DNA from: Antedon mediterranea | Taxonomy: Eukaryota; Animalia; Echinodermata | DNA: 64,000 nt | Direction: 5' to 3' | NCBI RefSeq assembly: GCF_964355755.1 | Contig: NC_092672.1 | Span: 29,952,437 to 30,016,436 of the forward strand | Shown: piece after piece, positions 1-12,072 of the stretch | Layout of the letters: each line of letters begins with the position of its first letter | Position numbering within the stretch: position 1 is the first letter of the stretch | Position numbers and translations under genes: made by a program | Notes under the pieces: generated by a model | Told to the model about the DNA's origin: nothing | Seen by the model: the letters and a program-made list of their open reading frames with translations, nothing else | Databases searched by the model: none

Positions 1-962
1 TTTCCTGTTGATCATCTGTTTCATGTGTCAGAGGTAGCGGTTAATTACAACTTGTATGGTGAAGTTATTCGTTGCAATGTCATGCGTTCTGAAGAGTGGA
101 CATTCTTTGCTCTTACATTCAACGGATTCGAAAGAAAAATACGACTTTGGCGAAACGGGGAGATTGCTTGTATGGCTGATACGGAATTCTCGGAAATCAA
201 TTTTGGAAGCATTGTGTTTGGTTGCGACGAGAGTGTAATGAAGATGGCCAAGCTACAGGTTTACCGTGAGAGCCTTGATGAATATGAGATCAAGGAAGCG
301 AGAGACCTGTACAAGGTTATTAGGAGTAAGAATTATTGTCTTTAGTAAATAGACATATACATCAGTTAATGATTATGATTATCAGTTGAAATAATTGTAA
401 TCATCATCATATTCACTATCAGTGTCATCATCATCATCATCATCATCATCATAAATGTATTCATTTTATTTATTGTTTTGTTATCGTTATTATCAACAAA
501 TACATTCATTGTATTCTTGTTGTTTCTGGTGTTTGAGTCATAACTCCTTTTATGCATATTTTTGTATCCTTCTAAAATTAGTACTATAGTTTATAGTAAG
601 GTATTTTCTAATAACAATGCTGTTTTACTGTCGCCTTTGTCTTTTTATTCGGACTTAGAAGTAATATACATTTTTATTATTTTGCAGGTGATGAATGCTC
701 GAAACCAAACCTTTTCCACGTCCACGTTGCCACAACTGGAAATGCGCCACCATCGGTTATAATCCATTCTTCTACACACTTGGAGGTCTTCTGCGTATTG
801 AGATGTCGCAGAAACATAAATTGTTTTGGAATTATTTATACTCATGAAACACAAAGCTGTGAAGAATTTAACGGAAATAATTTGTCAAATATTGAGACAG
901 ATTTAATTAGAAAAAATTTTAAAAAGTACTACGTAGCAGTCCGGCAAAACTGTTGTAATTGA
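1..962 (+). CDS. Tandem lectin gene copy A, 3' part only (LamG/ConA-like exon <1-325; PAN/apple-like last exon 688-962)
   Basis: Open frame from base 1 (FPVDHLFHVSEVAVNYNLYGE...KVIR), GT donor at 326 and AG acceptor at 686-687. Last exon SDECSKPNLF...EVFCVLRCRRNINCFGIIY...SCEEF ends at TGA 960-962, with AATAAA just downstream. Near-identical to 5371-6344. Confidence 0.8.
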
Positions 963-1134
963 ATAATACTGGAAATAAAAAAGTCAATACAATAAAGTAG
1001 AAAGTGAAAAACAAAATAATACTAATAAAACAAATAATAAATCAAGGATTTAACATTTTTTAAATGTTGTAAAAAGGAACAAAGACAATGTTTTTATTTT
1101 CATCTTTTCTATAACAAGAATATTCATGTTAGAG

Positions 1135-1220
1135 AGTAAAAAATGTTTACATAATTAGGTAAAAATGTTTACATAATTAGGTAAAAATGTTTACATAATT
1201 AGGTAAAAATGTTTACATAT
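1135..1220. repeat. Tandem repeat, about 22-bp unit
   Basis: (GTAAAAATGTTTACATAATTAG) about 4 copies. Confidence 0.85.
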
Positions 1221-2107
1221 TATTATACAGTTAAATTGTTTACATATTATTAGTAGGTAGGCTTAGGTTTGCATTTAGGTAAAAACAAAAAATAACATAT
1301 TAGTTTATTTATTAAGTAGAAAAGGTTTACATTTCTAACTATGTTTTAAGAAATTACATGATATTTTCGCCTAGACTGTTCGATTCACAATATCGCGATA
1401 AAACTTGCTCTATTGTGTTTCAACTTTGACAAACTTTATTCTGTTTTGAATTCTTTTGTAGAATATAATATTAACTAAATGTAATGAAAATATTATCATT
1501 ATTGATAGGCTATAGATAATTAGACTACCGTATACGACAATCCATGAGATCAATTGTTTTTTTAATGCGTTGCTGAGGTCAAAGTTCAATAATCAAGAAT
1601 GGTTACTCAATTATTTAGTGAAGCATCCATTCATTGAATTTAGTTACTACTGCTGTAAGTAAGGAAGATTCTAAATCTCATCGCCAGAGCGCCTCTTTAG
1701 TTTACGCAGGCGCATTTAATTCCTATAAGTAAACTATCTTAAACGTTGAGGGCACTTTTGGAACGTGGTTCCTCCAAGGTCACTGGTTTTTTTTTTTCAA
1801 TTATGCATTTAAATAGTTAATTAATATTCATTCATTACTACCGGTAATCTATAGTTTGGCCTAAAATTATAAAAAATTCACATTTTATGATAAAGTTTTG
1901 TTCAATACAAATTTAAATTATCTCTTATTGTTAACACAAATCATGCATTCACACGTTTGTATTGTGCTACATTTTTTGAATATGTATGCAAGCGTAGTAG
2001 GATTACAATGTCAGTTTATTAACAGAAAGAATGTAACCAACATACATACTTCGGAAGTAGATGTTCAAGTAACAAGTCAATCCGTTTTAACAAGAGAAAA
2101 ACTCACG

Positions 2108-5100
2108 ATGTATTTGATTATTTGTTTTTGTTTCCTTTTCAACTTTTTGAATTCTAATGCGGGTGAGTTGATTCTAGTTTTTTTCAAATAGGTAGTACTA
2201 AAATAACAATTTTGAAATTCTATGATAGGCCAACTTAATATGCATTCGTACATCCCCAAGAAATTGATATTTTCAGTCAACCAAAAACTCGATTCCAATT
2301 TGTTTTTGCAAAAAAATATATTAAATACTAATAAATATGTATTAAAAAGTACTAATTTGTATAAAATAAAATAAAAACTATCTCGAATTAATTTATTGTC
2401 TCTAGACATAGTACCCTACGAGTATACGTCATAATATAGACTATAAAGTCCCAAATACAATTAGTTAGTTTTTAGAAGAAAAAAAAGATGCCTTTATTTA
2501 TCAATAAAAAAAAATAAAATAATCATATTTCAGCACTCGTGTCTTTTAAAAAGACAGCAACATCCTCATCTGTATTGAAATCTTCTACATGGAGTGACAG
2601 TGATCCTGTGCATGCGACTGACGGGATTGATAAATACACTCCTAATTCGTGTTTCCATTCCGGTGAGCTAAACTGAAAAAAGCAAGGCCATATACATGGC
2701 TGCAGTCGCATGTTCAAGTTAGCGTTTACCGACCGACCTACCGACCAACTGACCGGCATAGTGAGCTGTAAAAATTACGTAAAGATACCTACATAGACTC
2801 CCCTTTAATACTCGTGACCAAATCAGCCGTCGAAATTGGATTTGTTTGGTTGGTAATTTTCATTTGTATGTTATGATAGTATGTATGCCATGTAGGATGG
2901 TTCATTACCATTTTATTCCTCCTTCGTTTTATACGCTAAAATAAACTTGTATGCCATTTTGACATTTTTTTATAGGAAAAACACAGATTGGTGAATGGTT
3001 AGAGATTGATCTTGAAGAGAATTATAACATATCAACAGTTGTTATCATTAATAGAATAAGTACGGTAACCTTATTACTTCTCATTTAAATTTGTATTTAT
3101 CCACTCATTTATAATTATTTTTACAAATCAATTTATTTGTTTATATCTATTTTTTCTTTTGTATGTTTTTCATTTTATTTTTTATTTTTTCTATTGTAAG
3201 GTAAAGGTAAAGTCCAAAACTAAGCTAATGCTAACGGCCGTGGTGCCCATCTCTATTTCTTTAGCGTTTGGGCCAGACTTCACTAAGTGTGTATGTTTGT
3301 AGGGGGTACGCCACTCTTCCCGCACAAACGAGTTTGTTTTACCTTTCCAATACTTTTTACATAGGCCTACCGGTACCCATTTCTATCATCTAGGTGGGGA
3401 GGAACAATGTGGATAAAGAATCTTGCTCAAGGACTCAACACTGCAGTGACCGAGCCGGGACTTGAACCAGCAACCTCTTGATTGGAAGTCCAATGCTCTA
3501 ATGCTCTTTATTTTGTATTATTTTCTTTTTTTTTATTGTTTATTTTATATCTTTCTGATTTTTATGTTGTACAATTTTTTATTGTTTCGTTGTTATAAAT
3601 TGTAATTTTATTTTCATTGTATTCTTTTTCTTTCTATTGTATTAGTTTCCTTCATTTTTTATTTATATTGTATCCTTTTTTGCCGAGAATGGTAAAATAT
3701 AAATGCAATGATACACAATAATCGATTCGTTTTCTTTTAATTTTTTTTTTCAATTTGTTTAATGAAACATTAAATTTTTATTATCTAATTATTTAATTAT
3801 GTTAGCTCTGTTAACTTTTCTGGCTGTTTTACTTTATCGTTTTGAATAAGCTTTTCGCTTTTTTTTGTACCTATTATTGTTATTGATATTACTTTGATTA
3901 ATATTCATTATTTAAAAATTATTTATACTGTACACTTGATAATAGCATCAGATGCTATCCAACGTGAACGATTTGTTGGTGCTGAGGTAATGGCAACAGA
4001 TGAATTGAATGCACAAACAACGTGTGGTCAGCCTATATCGCGTCAAGACGTGTTACGCGCCCCATTGATTGATATCACCTGTAACCCACCAATCAGAGGA
4101 CGCTATGTGAAACTATGGTTTCCGAATAAAATGGAGTACATAACGATTTGTGAAATTAAAGTATATAGTGATGAATTTAAAATGGGTAAGTTTTATCTTA
4201 TGTTTGTAGTGGACACACTTGGGGAAAGAGAGCAAGACAAAGAAAGAGAATAAAATGAAGTGATGACACCAAGATGAAGCAAGTGTGCTTGTCTGGGTAT
4301 CCAAACTAAATAACGTTCTGATGATAAGCGAAGGTGACCATATCCTAAAGTTTTCAACTTATTTGGTCACCTTCCACACTCATCATACTTTTTTAAAATC
4401 TAAACGTTTAAGTAAAATGTATATTGATGTGTGTGGAAAAGAATTAATAAACAAACAACAAACAAACAAGTCTGCATCAGAAAATAGTATTATGGATAGC
4501 CGGCCATTGATGTTAAAGATGGCACATGATGATGTTGATGATAACAATGATAATAAATAAAGATGTATTGTTCCCTGAAAAACAATTTTTACATTTTTGC
4601 TTTTGAATATGCCATTTAATGTCATTTAATAGTTGTAGACTTTGAACAAAATTCTAAAAGATCTAGCTGCAAGCCAATGGATTTTTGGTTGAATTTAACC
4701 ATTTATTACGTTATTTTATAACTGAAAACATTTTTCCCATTTTTAGTCACGTGCTAACGCAACTCTACAGTTCACCAAGTCGGTCGGTCGGTCAGTAAAC
4801 ACTAACTCACATTTGAGAGCACGCGACTGAAGCCATTGTATATGTTTTTTCTACGGATGTGATTAACTTTATTAAAACTACAAAATAACCTATTCAAAGT
4901 CTGATTTAATTAATTTTCATTTTTCATGTTTTTGGGGACTGGGACAATACAAATAAATATAATTATATTACCGTATATAAATATGAAATATTTATTGATG
5001 CAAAGAAGATTTAAATGTAATTTTGAGTGAAAGCTCGTGTTTTCAATTTACAGAGCCTCAGTGTGTGACTCCAATCCAAGTCAGTCCGTTGAACAAGACT

Positions 5101-6344
5101 TACCATTTACAAGATATATCTGGCAACATCAATTACTTAAATGGCTCATCGAATCTGGAATTTACTACTGGTATTTATGGCGAGCAAGATGAAGCAGTAT
5201 TTATAAACCGGGATATTGGTTCTGAAATAACATTAGTCTATGGACACAAAGGCCCAACTTTTACCATAGCGTTCTATGTTTACATTGTCGATGGTTCCAA
5301 AAAAGTCATAATTTATTCCGATACATTTGAAATAGTATTTGCGTTTCAAGGTAATATACTTGTCCGCGCGTCAGAAGTAGCAGTTAATTACAACGTGTAT
5401 GGCGAGGTTATTCGTTGCCATGCCTTGCGTTCTGAAGAGTGGACATTCTTTGCTCTTACTTTCAACGGATTCGAAAAAAAAATACGGCTTTGGCGAAACG
5501 GGGAGATTGCTTGTATGGCTGACACGGAATTCTCGGAAATCAATTTTGGAAGCATTGTGTTTGGTAGTGACGAGAGTGTAATGAAGATGGCCAAGCTACA
5601 GGTTTATTATGAGAGCCTTGATGAATATGAGATAAAAGAAGCGAGAGACCTGCACAATGTTATTAGAAGTAAGAATTATTGTCTTGTAAATAGACATATA
5701 TATCAGGTAATGATTATGATTATCAGTTGAAATCATTGTAATAATCATTATAATCACTAGGCCTATCAGATTGTGATTATGATGATAATTACAATGATTT
5801 CAACTGATAATCATATATTATTATTTAGTGTTACTTCACTGAGTGTCATCATCATCATAAACGTATTCATTTTATTTATTGTTTTGTTATCGTTATTATC
5901 AACATATATATTCATTGTATTCTTGTTGTTTCTGGTGTTTGAGTCATAACTCCTTTTATGCATATTTTTTTATCCTTTCTAAAATTAGTACTATAGTTTA
6001 TAGTAAGGTATTTTCTAATAACGCCGTTTTTACTGTCGCCTTTGTCTTTTAATTTATTATGACTTATAAGTAATATACATTTTTATTATTTTGCAGGTGA
6101 TGAATGCTCGAAACCAAACCTTTTCCACGTCCACGTTTCCACAACTGGAAATGCGCCACCATCGGTTATAAGCCGTTCTTCTACACACTCGGAGGTCTTC
6201 TGCGTATTGAGATGTCGCAGAAACATAAATTGTTTTGGAATTATTTATAATCACGAAACACAAAGCTGTGAAGAATTTAACGGAAATAATTTGTCAAATA
6301 TTGAGACAGATTTAATTCGCAAGTACTACGTAGCAGTTCGGTAA
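2108..6344 (+). CDS. Secreted multidomain lectin, copy B: signal peptide + F-type (fucolectin/discoidin-fold) lectin domain + LamG/ConA-like domain + PAN/apple-like domain
   Basis: Six phase-consistent exons: 2108-2162 (MYLIICFCFLFNFLNSNA), 2534-2662 (LVSFKKTATSSS...HATDG...CFHS), 2976-3059 (WLEIDLEENYNISTVVIINR), 3946-4185 (acceptor could be 3952; CGQP...TCNPPIRGRYVKL...TICEIKVY), 5054-5668 (FTIAFYV...EWTFFALTFNG...IRLWRNGE...LQVYYESLDEYEIK), 6097-6344 (C-x3-C-x5-C...C, TAA). Domains called by motif recognition, not by search. Confidence 0.8.
3197..3502 (-). mobile_element. tRNA-derived SINE with conserved central domain (second degraded copy about 42780-42915)
   Basis: Minus strand: tRNA-like head (GGTTCAAGTCCC), GTCCTTGAGCAAG...AAATGGGTACC core, (ACCTTT)n tail. 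Confidence 0.7.
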
Positions 6345-7216
6345 ACTGATTGCAAGTTTACAATTGTGATTTAGGCATACTATTACCGAAAATAGAGTAA
6401 AGAAGGCTACATGGCTTTCTCCCTCCCTAAAATGTATTATGCGAAAAAGTACACAGTAATTTCATTTACTATTTTAAAATATTTCGAACGCGGCAGCATT
6501 GATACAAATCAAATTTGACTTGGAAAATTAAACATCACAGATCGCTTTATATTACCGATACCGATTTGATATTTGGGATGATTTAACATTTGGGAGAAAA
6601 TTTGTCAAAATTATTAAATTAAATTATTAAAATTATTAAAATATGTTCTTAGTCAGCCAATTATCTTTTGATAACGTCATCACGTCTACAAATTTGATTG
6701 ACCTTGGTAACGTAATGTCACGTGTATTATTATTATGAATGGTTTATTATTCTACGTGTCATTCAAAGTATATTGAGCCCCCTTTCGCTCTTGTAGCTGA
6801 ATTGTATTATCATCAGAAAAATAAAATTAAAAAAAAACATAACCTGACTTGGCATAAAGAAATATGATAAAATGAATTGTATTATGCTGGACTCTAACTA
6901 AATAAAATTTAAAAAAACTAATAAAAATACAAGAAGACATAATAAAATAAAATGATAATAACAAATAAATAAATGAAATAAAAATAAAAATATATTAATA
7001 AAGCAATAAAAATACATAAACACATCAGGCACAGAGAAAGAAATAAAAATAATGAATCAAAATAAATGAAACATGAGACAGAGACAGCAATATTTCATGA
7101 CAGTTTCAGAGAAAGGAAGTTGTTCATGTTAATTCTGACTAAATGAAATGTTCAGTAAATGTATTCAGTACACACATTTAAAGTCATTAAACAATTAGTG
7201 TTAGCAGATAAATGTG

Positions 7217-7686
7217 ATATCAAAGAACTTATAACACAAGAATCTACTGTTCGTCCGAAGCGCGTGACAATTTCGAAAGGCATTGTGGGATAGAATAGAG
7301 CTAATGGGTGGCGCCATGGAGAAGCGCGCCCGCATCAAATTAGAAAGTCAAAATCATAAAGGGGATCTGCTAATACCATTAGGGTGGGGGGGGGGGGGGT
7401 AGAGTAATTGACTGAGCCCTCTATTGGAGTAGTACGCCCTCAACAAATTAGAAAGTCAAAATCATAGAGGGGATCTGCTATATTATAATACTATAGGGGA
7501 GATAGAGTAATTGACTGAGCCCTCTATAGGAATTAATAGTTTTGACTTCCTAGTTTGGAGGGGGCGCTGCTCCATGCTGTGAAATGGCGTCGCCCAGTTT
7601 GACCTTTTAACCCTGTACTTCCGATACTGTGTTTTGAATGCAAATTGAAGAACAGGAGATTATAAGTTATAAGTTCTTTGGTGATA
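7217..7686. repeat. Degraded foldback element with an internal ~100-bp direct repeat
   Basis: ATATCAAAGAACTTATAAC / GTTATAAGTTCTTTGGTGATAT ends; CAAATTAGAAAGTCAAAATCATA...GAGCCCTCTAT at 7336 and 7444. Confidence 0.6.
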
Positions 7687-9374
7687 TTTAATGTTGTATA
7701 TTGTTTGTTATTGCATTAAATTAGATATATATTGTACAACGGTAGAGCTTTAACGTTAACATTTCTATTCTATCATTCACAATTTATCAAACATTATCTA
7801 GTAAATTGATGTAAGAGTTTGCATATGACAGTTGTTGTAGTAGTAGTTGTTGATAGACAATTAAAGTAATTAACTAAATACGAATAACCGAATAACAACA
7901 ATATAAATCAAGCATTTTTTTTTTCATTTGTTCACTTTTGAAACATTTCCATTTTGTTTTGCTTTGTGTGGTTTTGAGGTGTTCTGGAAACGCGATTTAC
8001 ATACAACATGTTTACTGCGCACCCTTGTGGCCGTTTAATCGTAGAGTTAGAAAACGTTAATACAACAAATGATTTACTCGATATTTTTCTGTAGAGGCCT
8101 ATCTTCTCATATTTCATTCCGATTACGCGGCCAGTCTACGCGTGGCGGCAACCGAAAATTGCTCTTCGCGTACTCAAACATTATCCGTTTTGTTTTTTCA
8201 TGTGACTATGATGACGCAGTATACCCACATGCACATTTAGGAATCTGTAATTGGTTGTTCAGAAAATTTAACCAAATATTTTAAACTTCTTTTCGCTAAT
8301 ACAGAGAAAAGCAAAAATTAATTTAGCTTATTAACCTAAGATTTTATCAAAACCGGCGACGGCATAGAGATATCACTATTCGGTTATTAGCGTTTTAGCG
8401 AAATATAATGCAACGCCGGATTCACTCTATTTGGCATGCGCAAATATCTGCCGGGCTTATTTTAATCTTACAGCAGACTACTTGCCGCGTCGTAATAGAA
8501 CGTCAAACTGAACGAATATAAAATTTATTCCTCATTTAATTGTTGGTCTTTTTATTTTGTATCGTAATTAATCCTTTCAAGGTGTTTCTGGAAATTAACA
8601 GTTGACGTGTGTACAGAATTATAATAGTTATGCCTTGTTATGGTTTGTTGTCACGTTTCCATAGTAACTTATTTATGTGAACAGCTAATTGAATTCAAAA
8701 TAGTAACTGCTTTGTTTTCTTTCGCTCGTTTTACGTCCCTTGAGTTGCTATAAGCTAATAACTAATAAGCTTATTGATTAAAATACTTTACATAATTATT
8801 AACTGTTTAACGTTTTTATTATCTCAAGGATAAAACTGCTCGTAGTGCTCCTCTGTGATATATAGGCTAACGTCTTTTTTATCCCGAAATAACTCGTTAC
8901 AAATATTTGTCTGTGTAGGCCTACCTATTGTTGTTTTAAGAACCACTAAACATGTTCCTCCTAGCTCAAAATGCTCTTGTTTTTTTCAGGATAAGACTAA
9001 AAAAAGATGTTACAATTAATAGTATATAGGCGTACCGTGCATATTTTATCCCATTTTAATGATTGAAAGTACTGTACATGTATTATAGCCGTGTTTGTAA
9101 AAAAAATAATTAACTGATTCGCAACGTTATAGGCCTAAATATTCTACTAGTGGAAATTATAATAAATGTTCAACTACCGCGGCAAAATTCGAGAACCGAA
9201 ATTATTTTTGACATTATAAGCAAATACAAATTTACTTTATAATAAACTGGTGTACTTTAATATTATAGTGAATAGTTGTTTAGTAGAATAATAGGAAGAA
9301 CATTTTCATGAATAGGAGAGTCCGAAATCGCTAAAGGTTGAAGAAATAGAAACATAATAATTGCAAAATTATGG

Positions 9375-9710
9375 TGGGAAAATTGCGAAAGTAGGCTGGA
9401 GAAATAGAACAATTGCGAAGTAGGCTGGAGAAATAGAACAATTGCGAAGTAGGCTGGAAAATAGAAACATTTGGAAAGTCTAGGTAGGAAAATAAAGCTG
9501 GAGAAATAGGAAAATTGTGAAAGTAGGCTGGAGAAATAGTAGAATTCCTATAGACTGGAAAAATAGGAAAAGATGTTGTAGAAACAGGACAAATTGCGAA
9601 TAAACTGGAGAAAGAGGACAATTTGCGAAAGGAAAATTGCAAAAGTGGGTCTGAGAAATGGAATACGAAAGTATCATGTTGGAGAAATAGGGAAATGGAA
9701 ACAGTAGGAA
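9375..9710. repeat. Degenerate minisatellite, about 29-31-bp unit
   Basis: AATTGCGAAGTAGGCTGGAGAAATAGAAC repeated about 10 times with decay. Confidence 0.85.
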
Positions 9711-11429
9711 TATATTCTTACTTTTTTATGGATAATATTTTCTGAAGTGAATAATAAATGAAACATTAACTTAGCTAATAAGAAAACCCTTTTTTCAATT
9801 ATAATAGACAAGAAAGACAGTTAACAGAATGCAAAAGTTTGCCAAATGTGACGTCATTGCCGTTCTTATGTAACGATATGCTGTATATCAACCCGGATGC
9901 TGATATTGATTAGCGTATTTTTTTACTATTACAATTTGTTCACACTAACAATGTAGGGGGTAGAAAATTAGTATTGTCTGCGCTTACACGCAATCAATCA
10001 TAACCTGACCAATCAATATAATCCCGTCTGATATGATGGATGATGAATAAGCACCATTGTCAATGTATTAACCATGTTATTCTTCTTATATGTTATTATA
10101 TTTTCCGTGTGGTACAACATGTTGCCTTTCCAAACAAGACAATTTAACGCGCAGTCTAGGTCAAAAGAGGAGATAATAAACGCGCGGGATAAGCATTTTT
10201 TAAGAGATGACTTTCGCCTAAAATAAAAACAAATGGTAGATAATTTACTAATTTATTTACAATTGTTCAAAGAGAATAAATTCACGCTAGCTTTAATGTC
10301 AAAGCATTTAATGAAATTCAATCAATTGAAATTTTACACCTGCCGGTTAAAGTGTTTCTTTGATCGTTCCGATACTTCATGATAATTAACTTCATTATAC
10401 TGGGAAGGATTTCACTCTAATTTAACCTCGATACATATATATTGATAATGCGCAAGACAGTAGAAATTGATTTTTTTACCTTTTTACCGACAGTCGCTTA
10501 GGATGTGGAGTTTTTTTAGTAAAATTGTCAAAACCTGCATTTTTATAGTATGCCTGAAATATTTTAACTTGAAAGTTCTTACAAAAAGTAAAGAGATTAG
10601 GACTCGAATTTGACTTTAAAATTACTATATTATTATAATTGGAACAAATAGTTTTTGTTTATATTTCCGGTTCCCGTGCTGTCCTGTTTTCCTCACAAGC
10701 TTTGCTTTTTTTTTATTTTGCCTCTGTTAGTTCTATCAAATTATTGTATAGTTTATTTTATGAACTATGAAATAAATGTAACTTTTGAATCGAATATTCG
10801 TTTTTAATATTTGAATGTAATGTGTTTGTACAGCTAAGTCATAAACGTTAATAAATAAACAATTTCGTTTGCTATTATTATATGATATTGGGTTATCCAC
10901 TTCATAGCGTGTAATAATAATTATTCTTCTATTGTATCATGTGACCTTCAAGCTATATTTGTACTGCAAAACCAACGATAGACCTACTTCAACTTATACG
11001 ATATAGTATTGTATTATTATTACTTGATACAGGGATGATGTATACAGTACAGTAAGCCCCAGGCAAAACTTAGTCATGCATGACAAATGGACGCGCTGCG
11101 CCGAGCCAAATAGTCTGGACATTAAACTGTATAATGTTTGGACATTTGATAGAGGCCAAATCGGGGAAGAGTTATTTAACCAAATAAATCTACTCATATC
11201 AGATCGATCTGAGGCAATTTTTTTTTAAATGATGTGATGTGATCAAAGTATAAACAAACTCTTTTGTTTCACATTGTGTCCACACTGACGTTTTATTCAC
11301 CGGGTGATCATGTGTCCACACTAATGACCATTATGTTTGCATAAGTAGTCATTATTTCTCCAACAAATTTCTATGGCAATTTTGTGATGTAATAAATAAA
11401 AGTACGTATTGAAATCATACATTTTGAAC

Positions 11430-11541
11430 AAACAAGGCCATATACATAGCTGCAGTCGCGTGCGCAAATTTGAGTTAGTGTTTACCGACCGACCGACTGA
11501 CATAGTGTGCTGTAGAGTCGCGTTTGCATGCGACTAAAAAC
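11430..11541. mobile_element. Short DINE/Helentron-like interspersed repeat (copies at 2678-2772 and 4741-4845)
   Basis: AACAAGGCCATATACA...(CCGA)n...AGTCGCGTTTGCATGCGACTAAAAA terminal stem-loop. Confidence 0.55.
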
Positions 11542-11858
11542 GACACACGTAAGCTACTGATTAGAGTGTATAAACGTGGATACCAGTGTATCATGTATCA
11601 GGAAAGTTGAAAAACGATCGACGATAAATAGACAAATATGCATTTTTCATACATAAAACAAAAGAAATATAAAAACTTTTCATTCTAGAACTATAGAATA
11701 ACCATCTATGCTTCCTTGATGAAAATATTATTTTTATCAAAGACAGCATAAATGATTATCCTATATAACGAAAGCCTTTCTAATTTCTTTTGTTTTATGT
11801 AATAAAAATGCATATATTTATCGTCGATCGTTATCGTCCAAGTGTAAATGGGCTTTAA

Positions 11859-12072
11859 AGCCTGTTTTCCTGTCGACGTTATTCGACGCTATCGTCGTTG
11901 ATCGTTAACAGTTCAACGACGATCGTTTGAAAACGATCAAGTTGAAATAATACCGATAGCGAGTACCTTTTTCTGTAAATCGTTAACATTTCAATGTTTA
12001 CGTAGAAGGTCGCCGATTATTTATCGTCGATCGTTATCGTCCTACCTACTAACGTCGACAGGAAAACAGGCT
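11859..12072. mobile_element. MITE with 22-bp perfect TIRs, adjacent to a related palindromic element at 11612-11855
   Basis: AGCCTGTTTTCCTGTCGACGTT ... AACGTCGACAGGAAAACAGGCT flanked by TAA/TTA; shares ATTTATCGTCGATCGTTATCGTCC with its neighbour. Confidence 0.75.

Noticed and set aside
366-557. Poly-Met ORF on minus strand
   Set aside because: Arises from an intronic (ATC)n microsatellite.
6772-6820. Minus-strand CTGATGA...GAAA hammerhead-like motif
   Set aside because: 12-nt unpaired insert before helix II, and no helix I or III or NUH site.
9331-9677. 103-aa and 65-aa minus-strand ORFs; superficially CRISPR-like periodicity
   Set aside because: Minisatellite without unique spacers, in eukaryotic DNA with no cas genes.
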